A stretch of 64,000 bases of DNA from assembly GCA_051530055.1 (NCBI GenBank), contig CM121343.1:6046389-6110388 (forward strand). Reading direction: 5' to 3'. The position numbers and the translations under genes were made by a program. The notes under the pieces are model-generated. The model was not told the DNA's origin and made no database searches. It saw only the letters and a list, made by a program, of their open reading frames with translations. Origin of the DNA: Neoechinorhynchus agilis (taxonomy: Eukaryota; Animalia; Acanthocephala). The first letter of the stretch is position 1; every line of letters starts with the position of its first letter. Shown in pieces: positions 34,854 to 47,377 of the stretch.

Positions 34854-37800
34854 TCATTCCTGATCTTGGTCGTGATTGATGGTGATATTATCGACGATCG
34901 GGTGGTCCTTAAGATCATCTTCGCTTAACGAGTTCTTAAGTTGTGAAGTATTCATCACAGAACACGTTCGCTCATTGTTCAACAAAGGAATTGATCCGAA
35001 TAGACGCTTTTTGGAAACAATGCGATCATTTGTGAGCAATTCGGTCATTGAGCAAATAAGTCGATTCATAGCAGCGTCCATATTTTCAAGGTGACTATAA
35101 AGGCGATCTGGAATATCTACTGATTCAACCGTCTTCATCTTATTAACATCCTGAACCAAATGACCATCTGAATAGATTAGTCGAATTCTAATAAAAAAAC
35201 TTAATAGCATGAGCTTACGTTGAGTTATAACATTGATCATATGTAGAAGGCAACTACGTTTGACCTTGTTTTAAAGAAAAGCAATAATAATCTTTGAATA
35301 AAGCTATAATTTACGTACAGGATCGATTGTGACTATTTTTTCATCACTATTATTATTTGAGAGCTTGTTCAGGAGGTAATTGTACATGTCCGAAGTTGAC
35401 CGATCTACAAAGAGAAATAAAATTCGTAACTAAAGTCGAGAACGACGCACGAATTGGCTTGCATGGTTTACAATCCGGTAACTTTACTTCAATACTCTTT
35501 TGGTCTTTAGATACCAATGGCGTAATTGAAGGTGGGTTTGGGGAACTCGATTGATTTTGACATTCCGTCAACTCTACCGGGCGAGATTGACACTTTTTTA
35601 CATGCTCAAACAACCTGAGATTACGTTCAGCTTTCATCGTGAGATTCTCAATTTACCTGTCGCAATCTTCCCTATTGAGAGCACGTAGTTCAATCAAAAA
35701 TTGACATTTTCCTTTTCCTACCAGAAAAAAAGCACAATTATCTAAAAACGAGAGAGTTCAAAATCGTCTACCGGAATAAAATAGTATAACCAACCCAGAC
35801 CGGCTTTCTTTTTAAGCATAAATTGATCGATTTTTAGAATTGGGCAAACGGTGATATCCATGTTTCCAAATTCATGTCCAATATAATGATTTTGAAGTAG
35901 ATATCGATGACTGACATCGTCATCGATCGATGGCTTGTATAGCCCAGATGAAGATGCGCTCATTTGTGCAGGTTGTAAATTCGAAGTAACTGATGCTTGC
36001 GCTGAGGTGTTCATCAAGCTTGTAGACGAGTGGTGACTATTTTTTAATTGAGGTATCGGTATCCGCTGGAACAATGCAAGACAATCGTCGAACAAACAAG
36101 CTTGGAATTCAATGTCTTTTAGAGGCCATTGAAATTCGAGGACGCTACTAAATATAAGTCTTCGTTGCTCAAACACAAATTGACCATTATCAAGTCCATC
36201 GATTACTTTACCGTCGTCCGGTATTTTTATGAACAAATTGCTCTTGATTTCTTCGATCATATTCAAATTTTCTTTTTGTCGCACAGCTTCATTCACTTTC
36301 ATATTAAGAGAGTCCGCTAATTCGCAGCATTGAATCAATTTCCTACGTTCAATTTCATCACCTGTTTCGGTTACATGGCACATATTAACAATTTAAACAT
36401 CGCACCCTACCAGTATATTTCAAAATCTGCTGGAATAAGAGCTTGTATTTGGCGATGCGGCTCATTACGCATGGGAGAAAGTCTTTTAAACTAAGTTTGC
36501 GGCATAGGGGGTTTGCTTCAATCATCTACTTGATATCTCATCTCTAAGCTGCAATGGTTCAAATACTTACTCTTAAACAATTATAAAAGTCAGCACGGTT
36601 CATCTTTCGGCGAATGATTCTCAGTGCAGTTCGTTGGTCTTCGAGAAACTTTGAGCAGCAGTAAGCAAATGAGTTGCCTTTTTCGCCACCTAAGTGATCG
36701 AGAATAATGTCACCAACAGGATCTGGAGATGACATATATGAGTCTTCGTTGTAGCCTTTACCCATTTGTTGTTTTCGCAATGAGTTTTTGAAATTAGCTA
36801 AAAAAATGAAATTCAAATGATAAAAAAATGAAAACAACTTACAATGATGTTCGATTAGTTCTTCAATACCTGGGAATATTTTGTCGATCTCTTGGTCAGA
36901 TATGCACGGCAACCCCAGCAATCGATCTTTGAACACATATTTGAGAACTTTCAAGTTTCTTAAATGGCTCCGTTCCGTGTGATAAAGCTCAATAGTTGAT
37001 ATTCGTCGTTTGAGTTCCTTTAGCGGAATCTTTTGTGGCATATTCGACGATAAAACATTTTCAACAGATGGAACCGTATCACGATCGGAATCAAAATCAG
37101 AATCATCGATTAGAGCAACCGTGGACCCACATATCTGATGGATTGAACTGTGCGGATGCACGAATTCTATCATTTTATAGGTGCAATTGTTCTCACCTCA
37201 CTTCTTCAATTATCCCGGATGTCTTACGATTTATACTATGAGCTGCTTCACTTGATGTTTGGACTTCAAGGTTACCCGCTATTCTACCCATCAATATGGC
37301 TTCAATTGTGCTATTAATAAAAATAGCAATGTTGCACTTTAGGAGCGAAAATGTTCAAATGAAAACCTTGTTGATAGAGAACTTGGTTTCGATAATTTAT
37401 CCAAAGGTTTCTCTCTAGGCCACCGATCACTTTTACTTCTATGTACAAGCGGAGCCGTAGTGGCTGATGCAGAAACGTACTGACTAAAATCATTTTAAAG
37501 TAGTCAAAATTTATATGAGATGAATAAAGCGTAGTGTAAACTTACTCGCTTGGAACTAATGAAAAATCAGGAATCGGGAGGGATCCTATATAAGTGGTTG
37601 TATCACCACTACTCATATTTGAATCTACGAACTCCGTTTGTTGATCCTTGACCGTTTGTTCTGTACGTCGGTTGCTATCAGATGCTGCGAAAGGAAATTC
37701 AAAAATATTTTTTAAGAACTTAAACTGAGAAATGTAGGCGAAAATTTCAATCTGTATTCTCCTGTCGCTATAGAAGGCTGCAAAAGAGGTTCAAAATTGC

Positions 37801-40800
37801 TTTAATAAAATTTAGTAAGAACTTCTGCTTTGCAACACTCATGTTGCAGTTAAGAGGTGGAAAGAGAGGTTTACAGTCATTTTCTATAACTTTAAAAGAG
37901 GAATGTAGTCTAAAATTTCAATCTGTATTCTCCTGTCGCTATCGAACACTGCAAAAGAGGTTCAAAATTGTTTTAATAAAATTTAATTAGGGAATGTAAC
38001 TAAGAATTTCTCCTTTGCAGCATTCATGTCGCTATTGAGCGCTGCAAAGGAGGTTCGGAATTATTTTAATAAACTTCAAATAGGGAATGTTGGAGGGAAC
38101 TTTGTTGTGAGCACTCACTTGTTTTCTGCGGGAAAAATTTTGATCCCCGAAACCTTCGTTGATTAGTGCTTGCGGCAGCTTGATTTCCGGATTTCGAAGA
38201 AGCAGTCGCCAACTTGCATTCCTCTAGATCAGTTCCATCTCCATTCATGACGCAATAAGCATCCAAACAAATTCCACAATCTAAATTTTTTAGGAGATAG
38301 AGATGGTAGTTAATCCAATAAAAACCTAAATGAGAGTAAAATTTTCTTACTTGAGCAAGCGAAGCCTTGTGGTCCGGTTCCACTAAGTAGTTTATGGCAA
38401 TCGTTACACTTTGTGATTTTATAAAATGTCCTTTGTATAAATAAATGTCCTTTCTAGGTTCCAGGGGATAATAGCAAGAGGATTCCGAAAAAAACTCTCC
38501 CTGCCGTACCAGAGTTTTTTCTTTAATTGAAAACTAAGTATAAAGGTGGTAGTTTGATCAGACACCAATAGATTTAAGTGCATCGTCCTCTTACCCGTTT
38601 ACTAGCTTGTGAACTGCGGAATATATATTGCTTATCTCTATGCAAGAAATGATCCACCGAATTTATATCGTACCGCCCACAGCGTTTTAGATCGCAATAC
38701 TTGATGATGAATGTCGCAACGCACGACAGGTACAGAGACCTTTACGTGACAGACGGTTATAGGCAAGATGAGATGGATCCATCGATACCTCTCATATGCC
38801 AGATCATATTCTCGTCTTCTTCGATCTTTAGTAGATGTCGGATCACTTTTTTTGCCGAACGCAACGCTGGCGCCGTTTCCGCCGTCCAAATACAAGTCCA
38901 GTATTGATTCAATCAATGTTTGCTGGCACGATTTAGCATAAGATGATGTTGATAAGATACTGCGACGAGACCCATCTTCGTCTAACATTGCTAAATACAA
39001 CAAAGATTCATGGAGAATCGTCTACGAAGTATAGGAAACCCAGTATAAAAAAAACTGATCTGTTTATCGTTTCCGCGGACAGAAAAAAACTAAAATACGA
39101 TCAAAGACACTCACCATTGTTGAAATAGGATCGGAAATCAGACAATGTCTTTTGATTGATATTGGCAAAAGCGAAACAGCGACTATCGTCGAAAATCCGC
39201 CGAAGCGAAACTTCGTCGATTTTGGATGTTTCGCATGACTCAAGTAATTTGTTAATCTTTTTTTCTAATTTGCTTGGTAACTCAACGGACAAGGGCTATA
39301 TAGTTAGATTTGAAATATCCATTTCCTATGTGAAATCATTGCACTTACCGCATCTTTGGCTGTAAATGTTGAATGTAACTCATAGGCCCATTTTAGAAGC
39401 TCATTCTTATCAGCCTTTTTCCTCGCGTATTGACCAGCAAATAAATAAAAGTACTGTACTCGAGCGAATTTTCATCGTTGAGAAATAATGAATGTCTACC
39501 AGAATATTCGAGCTGTGAGTTTGTGTGATTAAATACTGCAGGAAGTATGTAAGTGGAACACTGCGTTGAATAATTGAATTCAAGTCATTAAAGACATCAT
39601 CCATTAATGGTTCCTTTAATCAATAAAATGATTTTTAATTTTTTATGAGTGAATAATCGCTATGAGCATACGTTGCGGCTAACATTAAGACGGCATTCGT
39701 CGACTTCCATACATTTCAAATCAGTTCTTCGTTTGATATCTGGTCCCGAATCGCGAAGCATTGTCTGAACGCCACTAGAAGTCTAACGAGAGAGTGAGTT
39801 AACACAAAAGTTCAAAAATAGTCCAATAAAAAAAACGATGATATTTTGTTTACAGTCTAATCGCTTTACAATAAAACCCAAAAATTCTTTAAAGGTTATA
39901 TGGCTATCTTTAATTATTTTTTCGTTCCCATAATATCCGCAAACAGTGCCAAATGGAAGCTGAAACATCAAGGTTCCACCAGCGAGTCGTCATTTGTGTG
40001 CAACGGTGTCGCATAGAACGTTCATTATTACAAACGCAAATATATAGGTTGTCGTTTAAAGACTTACATTAATAGAAGGCAAAGGAAGTGCGGTTGAAGA
40101 ACAAAATATAGACGTCTTGTTAATTGCGTTAGTCGTTTGATTAGAGAACTCGGGATCGAACATCGATTTTGTTTTTAGGAGTGAATCAATAAAAAGCTGG
40201 CCGAAGCTATGATCGGCTAATTTGGTAACCTTGGAACCAGGAATCAATCTGATGCAAGCATTCAGTGTGTCGCCGACACGATGATATAGACCCCTTTGAA
40301 CGAGCAGAGCCTTCGACGAATGAGCCGCGGCTCGTTTATGGCCGTGTCGCTTGGTTGATTGCATTTTCGGTACTTTTTTTGTTAAAGGAAGTGCATATGA
40401 AATAGTCAGGTATTTTGGGAGCAGGTCCACTGGAAAAAGAGCAGCAAGGGTCAAAAAGGTACATGGCGCAAGAGGGGCTATGAAGAGCAAGCGACTGATT
40501 TTGGATCTAGGCGTTTTTCGGTTACTCTCATGGGAAAGTAGGTCCTTTAGTGACAAAGGCACGATATCCCCTTCACACTTGCCATTTTCGCCTTTATAGC
40601 TGGCTTCCAAGACAGCCAAACATGTGTATGTGTGTATGCGTGCCATGACCCACCACCACCACCACCACCACTCAGCCATATTCCAGGACTTCAATAACAG
40701 GCGAAAACGAGTTCCCCTCTACGTAAATGGGCATGGGATATGGCATTATTTACGCAAAATACGGACAAGGATCGACTGAGAGGAGAATCAAGTTATTATT

Positions 40801-42288
40801 TCTTGTTGAGAAGTGCGGGACACTGTCGCCGCCGCCGCCGCCGCCGCAAAATTTACTAAATATATGTGCACTTTGTGTGTTTCTTCGACCCATGAACTTT
40901 GGCGTTTGCATTTCATAGCCACAAAATTTTCTTCGTTTTACAGACGGGAAAAGTCAATGCGAGTTGAGAGCTCAAAGCAAAAAACAATTCGTGTTATAAT
41001 TTAAAAAAAATCAATTGGAAAAATGATCGTTTATCAAGGTACAGTGAGAGCAAATGGCGCAATGTAAGGCGATCATGTTCGAAATTCAGAATAGTCGTTT
41101 TTTTTCCAAGGATGAAATCCATCTTAGCTGCCTCCATTATTGTTGAAGACGCGATAAGAGAGTAATCGAGATTAGAAGTGTTCTTGTGTGTGGAGGGGAA
41201 AGGGTATAGATAAGGCGATTATCTGTCATAGTCATGTTAGAAGTGAAGAGTCAGGTCTTATATGAACCTTGTAAGCCAAAATATTCGGTCTACATACCTG
41301 AGATCGTTGTTGCCCATCGCGATTGTTTTGTTGCGGTCCATAGACACTTTGTGCGCTGTTTGGACGACAAGTGTTTTGTGTTTGAGACATGTTTCGATCG
41401 ATGCTATGTATTGATGGAGTAGATCGCCTATGTCCGCTTGTGTTGGCAAATACTCCACATAGATGGGTAGAAATCAAGCTCGTTGCGGAGCGTCTCTTGT
41501 GATCTGTAATTCGTGATATCGTCAAAGCTGTAAATGTGCCTCCTATCAAGTCGGAGAGGGACTTAGTCCGTGGTGGATTGTCGATATATGCTGACCACAA
41601 CAAGTATACATGCAGAGTAAATGGACGAATAATGCACACATAAATGTTGCCCAATCAGCAGCCGTTCGTTATGTATCGACTCTTACAACACTTACCAGTA
41701 TCAGCGATCAATTTCACCACCTCACAATGAGTCCGATCAGCGACAAAGGTGCCATTGACCTTTTAATGATACAAGGAGTTCCGCAATCAATTGCTATCAT
41801 GTAAAACACAATAAAAAAGAAAATACTTGTTCATTTCATTGTTATTGCTCGTATTTTAAAGAATTAACAAAACATAGACTCACCCTAATAACCCAATCGC
41901 CGGGTTTTAAACCTGCCCTTTCGGCACCACTGTCTAGTAAATGACTAATTAGCACTTTCTGTGGAAATGATAAGTATTACCTTTGCGAATTGCGTGGACC
42001 ACAGCGGGATAACAACCCGCCAGTGTAAGTCCAAATCCATTGTGATCGCGTTCAACAATCACGTTTCCGAATACGCGATTTCGAGTGTCTGGTAAAGAAC
42101 TCTCGGTGATCGGTACTAATCGATCGTCGTTACCTGAATATCGGTCATCGAGGGAGTATGCGCGAGGCGTCAAATCGGCCCTAAATGTAACAAATATTAA
42201 AATTAATACATCTCGCCACACGCGTCCAAATGTTTTAGATGATTCCCAACCTTGGCGACCTATGAGTATCATTTTCTTCATTTCCCAT
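34854..42288 (-). CDS. ARHGEF11/12: PDZ-RGS-like-C1-DH-PH Rho guanine nucleotide exchange factor (ARHGEF11/12, RhoGEF2 type), multi-exon
   Basis: PDZ: VERDHNGFGLTLAG|DSGAERAGLKPGDWVIR|KVNGT..HCEVVKLI (41.7-42.1 kb). RGS-like: FNDLNSIIQRSVPLTYFLQYLI (39.1-39.6 kb). C1: GHLFIQRTFYKITKCNDC...GFACS|NCGIC (38.2-38.46 kb). DH: IELYHTERSHLRNLKVLKYVF (36.3-37.0 kb). PH at 35.75-36.2 kb. The start codon is tentative. Confidence 0.88.
37731..38090. repeat. Degenerate intronic tandem repeat in the RhoGEF gene (about 3 related units)
   Basis: AAATTTCAATCTGTATTCTCCTGTCGCTAT...CTGCAAAAGAGGTTCAAAATT occurs twice, and a third diverged unit CTGCAAAGGAGGTTCGGAATT follows. Confidence 0.7.
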
Positions 42289-42399
42289 AGACAGTCCTGG
42301 CAGAGGTGCTACTATCAGTGTTGGCGTAAATGCAGATTATCGAGCACAAGCAAAAACACGAGAACTGCAGAATGACAGGAGTCAGAATTGCGCAGTATT

Positions 42400-42990
42400 C
42401 GATGTCAGGCATAAAGTGGTACCATTACAAAATATGGGTTTTTGCTCTCTTTTGAAATCAAGCAACCTTGTTCAGCCCCACCCTCGAAAGGAAAACCACA
42501 TTTGTGCGCCTTCCCTCGATTCACATATACCCTTATCTGCTCTTGGAATAAAGACAATGCATTGATGGAATAAGATTTTCTGGATATCGGAATTATCCTA
42601 ACTGATTGCCAGCTTACCAACTCAATAGCCGCTGGTTAAGCATCGTATGTTCATTAGCTGGAGGAAGCACTATATTCGTTTGCCAATTTGGAACGTGAAG
42701 TAACATCAGGCCTAATTCACTCGGTGATAGGTCTTTTCCATTGTTCATTCTCTTTTCTCAAGTCCCCACCAAGGCTGGTAAGCGACTTCTTCAATTTCTA
42801 TGAAGGCATATGCAACTATTCTTAAACCCCATTTATGTTGAAGTATCGTATAGACTCCGCCGAGTGGGCCCAGTGACCGAAATTTGACCTTGGTTAACCC
42901 TTCTACACTAAAACATTGCATACATCTTGCGCTTCTAATTTCTCGAAAACGCAAACTCAACGATAAGAATGGAAATTTAAGACATGTAGC
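42400..42990 (-). mobile_element. Old LINE RT remnant
   Basis: Fragments AYAFIEIEEVAYQPWWG and VYVNRG...FPFEGGAEQGCLIS resemble the D..KAFD and GVRQGC.LS RT motifs. Heavily degraded. Confidence 0.4.
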
Positions 42991-43264
42991 GTTATTCGTC
43001 TTTGGTACAATCTTTGGTATTGGCGATTGAGGTCAAGTACTCATAGTATTTTAATCGAAATCAATATCAAATTGGTTAGAAAGGAAACTGGCGAATTAGC
43101 CACGATTAGAAAAAATCACATGGGGAGGCGATTTAATTGGTTTTCCAACAATTTCTAAACTAAAATGAAGAATAAACTTTAAAGTGGATTTGTTTGATAA
43201 TTTCAATTTATAAGCGCAACTTGTAAGCTAAATTTAAAAAGTATGTTGAGTATAAGCGTAGATT

Positions 43265-43375
43265 AAGCATTTGAATTTGGAGAGCCAAGATCGACGTCGT
43301 TCTTGGCGCAAAAAATAAGCATTGCGGTGCAGCGGGGCAATGCGGCTAGCATTTTGGCCAGCGCCGATGAATAGG
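43265..43375 (+). mobile_element. CRE-like 3' terminal fragment
   Basis: Translates GEPRSTSFLAQKISIAVQRGNAASILASADE*. Confidence 0.75.
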
Positions 43376-44519
43376 AGCGTTGAAGAAACTATAAATTATG
43401 TATGCTTGCTTTTGGTTAAATAAAAAAAACTTTAATACTAAAACCTGGGATGATTAAGTTCTATTCCCTACCTACATTTAGCGAGAGAGTTATTTAAACT
43501 TTTGGTTTTTCTAGGTAGCTTTAAAGTTCGATTTTTTTAGAAAGTCAATAAAATGTTGCAATGCAAACATTGTTATAGTCAGGCGAAGGTATCGTAACGA
43601 AATGAACAATGTCTAACGGTTCCAAATTACTCTTGCAAACTCACACAACCTTCATATGATACACAAATGATCGAATTAAATTGCCCAGCGCCGCTACAAA
43701 ATGATCGTTGAAATGCATGATTTCTGTAACTTACCTTCGGTCACAACATAGAGTCGATAAACGGGGCATACTGATACTTAGAAACGAAAAACTAAACCTT
43801 CAGTCTTTTGTACCTTTTAGCTGATCTTAAGCACTTGGTATGCCATTGACGCAAATGCAATCAATGTTAAGGAAATAGAGGACTGTCTGTTAGTATTTAG
43901 TCAATAATCTGATGAAAGACAGTAAGGGACAAGGCCAGTTGGACTAGTAAGTGGCGAAATAATAACCAATGCCTCACGTTTTCATTGAGCTGATACACAC
44001 GCACACAACAATCCTCAAGTGACATTTATTGATGAGAAGCGATGAGCGTTCAGAATTTAACGCTTACGCTAATTGTTAAACTTTGACTCTATGAAACTCG
44101 TTTTTGGATGTGTTCTCAGAACACAAACCGATAAAGTCTTATCTTTGTGGTACTTGCACATTTAAAATTAATGGAATTAATCTAGATTTGAGCAAATATT
44201 CCATACTATCTTTTGTTTGTCACTAAGTCTTATTGTTGTATTTGAGAAACGATCTATTAATTTAATTATACTCGTTGCATCAATAACGTTGCTCATAATG
44301 CTGGCGTTACATCGCCGTACAGCCATTTTGTCCTCTGAGGAAATCCTGTGGTCGCTTCCCTCATTCCACCACGTATAGATGAAAATGAAATCTTTTCTAG
44401 CTATCAATTACGAGAAACGAATAACTCTTTCTAAAACTGCAATTGAAATGTTTTCTACAAATCATAAACCTAATCAATTAATTTTTGGTTTGTTCGGGTT
44501 TAAAGCAGTTGAATCATGG

Positions 44520-45335
44520 CAATTATTCGGTCAGCAGACAGGCGCTAACCATGTTCCCGAGAATGACCTCAGACAGTCGATCTGGGAGAGACCTCTCGTC
44601 GCGAGAGCTCACAGCTCTCTACTTTCGGATTCTCGTGATGGGGTCGTCCCAACTAGATTGTTGGCACTTTCAACACGAGAATCGGGGACGTGCTTGGAGG
44701 CTGTTCCTCTGGCATCTGTGGGAACTCTTCTCACTGGTGAGGTAACGAGGATCGCAGTATCCTTAAGACTGGGTCTCCCGATATGCACGCCCCATCGCTG
44801 TCGATCTAAGTCTTTGGTTGATGCTTTCGGGCGACACGGTTTCGTTCGCGGAAAGTCACGGGGAAGGTTCTCACGCCATTCTGAGATCAATAGCGTAATT
44901 TCTCGGGCGTTGAGAACGGCGAACTTCCCCGACATCTTGCGACTAGACGGTCGTCGACCTGACTGTATTTCGGTGATTCCATGGCGGGAGGGCAAATGAC
45001 TTCTCTGGGATGCCACGCGTGTGGACACCCTCGCAGTAAGCAACATTCCCTACTCCCTCGAAATCGCTGGAGGTGCAGCCAGTGCAGCGGAAGGGAGGAA
45101 GGTACGAAAATATAGGGATTTAGCAAGGATCCACTATTTTGTCCCCTTTGGGGTAGAGACGTATGGAGCGCTTGGCAGCTCGGCATTCACTCTGCTTCAG
45201 GATTTCTCAAAGAAATTTAGAGAAACGACCAGCGACGCACGAGAAAGTGTATTCCTGCGACAAAATATCTCGTTTGCAGTACAACGAGGCAATGCTGTTA
45301 GCGTGATAGCGACAGCCGAGGAAGGAGAGAAGCAC
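44520..45335 (+). pseudogene. 5'-truncated CRE-like retrotransposon (CCHC plus RLE), inactivated
   Basis: ESGTCLEAVP...RIAVSLRLGLPIC...RHSEINSVISRAL...RPDC..PWREGK*LLWD...KYRDL...FVPFGVETYG...QRGNA. Stop at 44997-44999 and a small deletion relative to the 52.7-kb copy. Confidence 0.85.
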
Positions 45336-45359
45336 CAATTTTGCGTCGGGCTACTGCCC

Positions 45360-45590
45360 TGGATCTCTCACGGCGTCGTCCTGATGCAGTAGTTAAACTG
45401 ACTTATGCAATGTTTCCCCATTGCACAGCCAGACTTATGTTTTACGGGCGGAATGCTCCTGCCCTCAGATCATCAGGGATTTGTCTGAGTCTCTTTGGCA
45501 ATTCTTTGACCAGGTCCTACGTCGCGGTACCAAACGACCCGAGTTACTCGACGCCAAATGGAACCAAATAATGATTTCGACCCCTGTGTT
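45360..45590 (+). mobile_element. CRE-like RT-thumb region fragment
   Basis: TYVLRAECSCPQIIRDLSESLWQFFDQVLRRGTKRPELLDAKWNQ resembles the YLLR...FD..LR...W.Q segment that precedes the RLE in CRE elements. Confidence 0.5.
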
Positions 45591-45599
45591 TAGTCTTTT

Positions 45600-45860
45600 T
45601 ACGTTCCTCAGCATCGGTTGCTGCTGCCCGGTTTAACAACGACGAATTTTATGTTGCTGGCTGCTTCTCAGAGAAGGCATTTGCTTTCGCGCCACGGAAA
45701 TACTGCGAAACCGTCCGGTCTACTGCCGTCGAGTAAGCAAAGATTGCTCTGCTCTAGGATGTTGGGCGCATTCACAGTATTCAGGGCACGACTAAGAGCA
45801 TTGCGTTCACTTGGGCGTGTCGTGAGTACCTCCCGCCTGATTGCCGACAGACAAGACCAT
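45600..45860 (-). mobile_element. CRE-like RLE fragment in inverted orientation
   Basis: RPSERNALSRALNTVNAPNILEQSNLCLLDGSRPDGFAVFPWRESKCLL. Confidence 0.8.
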
Positions 45861-46518
45861 GGCGTCGCGGTGGTTCCATGGTCGCTCCGCAACGGCAGCG
45901 ATTAGATGTGTATCCAAAAGAGCGAGCATTTCGTCTCTTTATGATAGATTCGTATGAAAAATATCATAACAAAATATGTCTGAAGAAAACGTTTAATAGA
46001 GTTTCTTATAAAGGTTCACTTAATTTCGGAACAGAAATCATTCACACTAAGCGTTCGAGCAAGAGTGCTTCCTCTGAAGACCAGTCCAGCATTACCTTCA
46101 AATTTTTGTTTCTTGTTGGTAAATCCGCAGAGTACCCAAAGGGCCTTTATTGAAGAAAATATCTAAAATTACTCCAGAAAGTTTCATACAGAGATTACCA
46201 TGCCGCAAAATTTAATTCTCTTAAGCGAACTTTTACGTCGTTTAAATCATTTTGTTACGATATTTTTCATATGAGAAGAAAAGCTTGCGCTTCGTCTATC
46301 TCTAATTTTTTTATTTAGGGGGCCGAATCTTAACTTTTGTGATCAAACATCAGGAGCAAATTAGTCATTTGTTAGACCGTCAACTGATTTTCTCGACCGC
46401 AAGTATATATTTCTTTTTTATTTTTATATGAATTATTTTAGCACTTTCGGTGGTCGAATCTTATGTTTTACATCAGAGAAGTGATATGACAACATAAACT
46501 CTGATGAACAACAGTTAA

Positions 46519-46720
46519 GAGTTCGTACATCTCTCCGGATTCTCAGATACCTCCGGGAGGCGGGACTCATAAGTGAATATCCTCTTCCCTTCATCGGTAT
46601 TTTGTCCCCTTGGCAGTGAATCATCGGCGATCGTGGATTCGAACCCTATGACCCTGAAACAGGGATTCAGAGCACAAGCTCACTAGACCATCTCTACACA
46701 ACTACGAAATGTACAAACTC
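46519..46720 (-). mobile_element. tRNA-derived SINE-like element with mutated hammerhead core
   Basis: A-box-like TGGTCTAGTG and B box GGTTCGAATCC. The core reads CTTATGA and C-AAAA (two core substitutions), while all three helices still pair. Confidence 0.8.
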
Positions 46721-47377
46721 AGCCGACGAAATTGGTTTGCTCAACTGCATGTTTTATCATTTGTAGGATTGTCATCTGATTTTGTCGAAGGCAAGTATAT
46801 ATTTCTTTTCTATTATGAATTATTTTTAGCACTTTCGGCGGAACTTAGCGTTGTAAATACTTGCGCTCATGCAAAATAAAAAAGATCCTACCTTGAGATT
46901 ATTTCCTAACGAGAAAAGCTTGGACAATACTACAGCTAATTTTAGTGATCATGCCATTCTAAACACTTGGCGTAAAATTTACTTTCACACCCAAGAATCA
47001 TCAAGAGATTTTTTTCAGGATCATAGAGTTGGAGATATGGTGATCAGCTTTAAATTCAACGTTTTGAGATCGAATTTATAGGTGCGCAGATCAGTTATCA
47101 AAAGAAAGCGAACAAACATTTCAATTCATAAAAACTATTATTGAGCTCGAGGGAAATTAGACATCGTCAAGTAAAGCAAATCGAGGAATAAAATTAATAC
47201 AGATTTAAGTTTAACCGAGGGCGTGTGTGCTATTAGTAAGCATTTTAAAAAATGAATCAAATTTAAAAATGTATTTTCGGTCAAAAACATCTAAACAGAA
47301 GCTCACGCTGGATTTTCTAGTGATTCCACCACAAATACAACGCTCCACACATTTCCGCGAATTTTTAAAGTAATCAG

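Noticed and set aside
40056-40694. Independent nested gene in the RhoGEF locus
   Set aside because: It ends in a perfect phase-0 GTAAGT donor matching the next RhoGEF exon and has a phase-compatible acceptor, so it is better read as a RhoGEF exon or alternative first exon.
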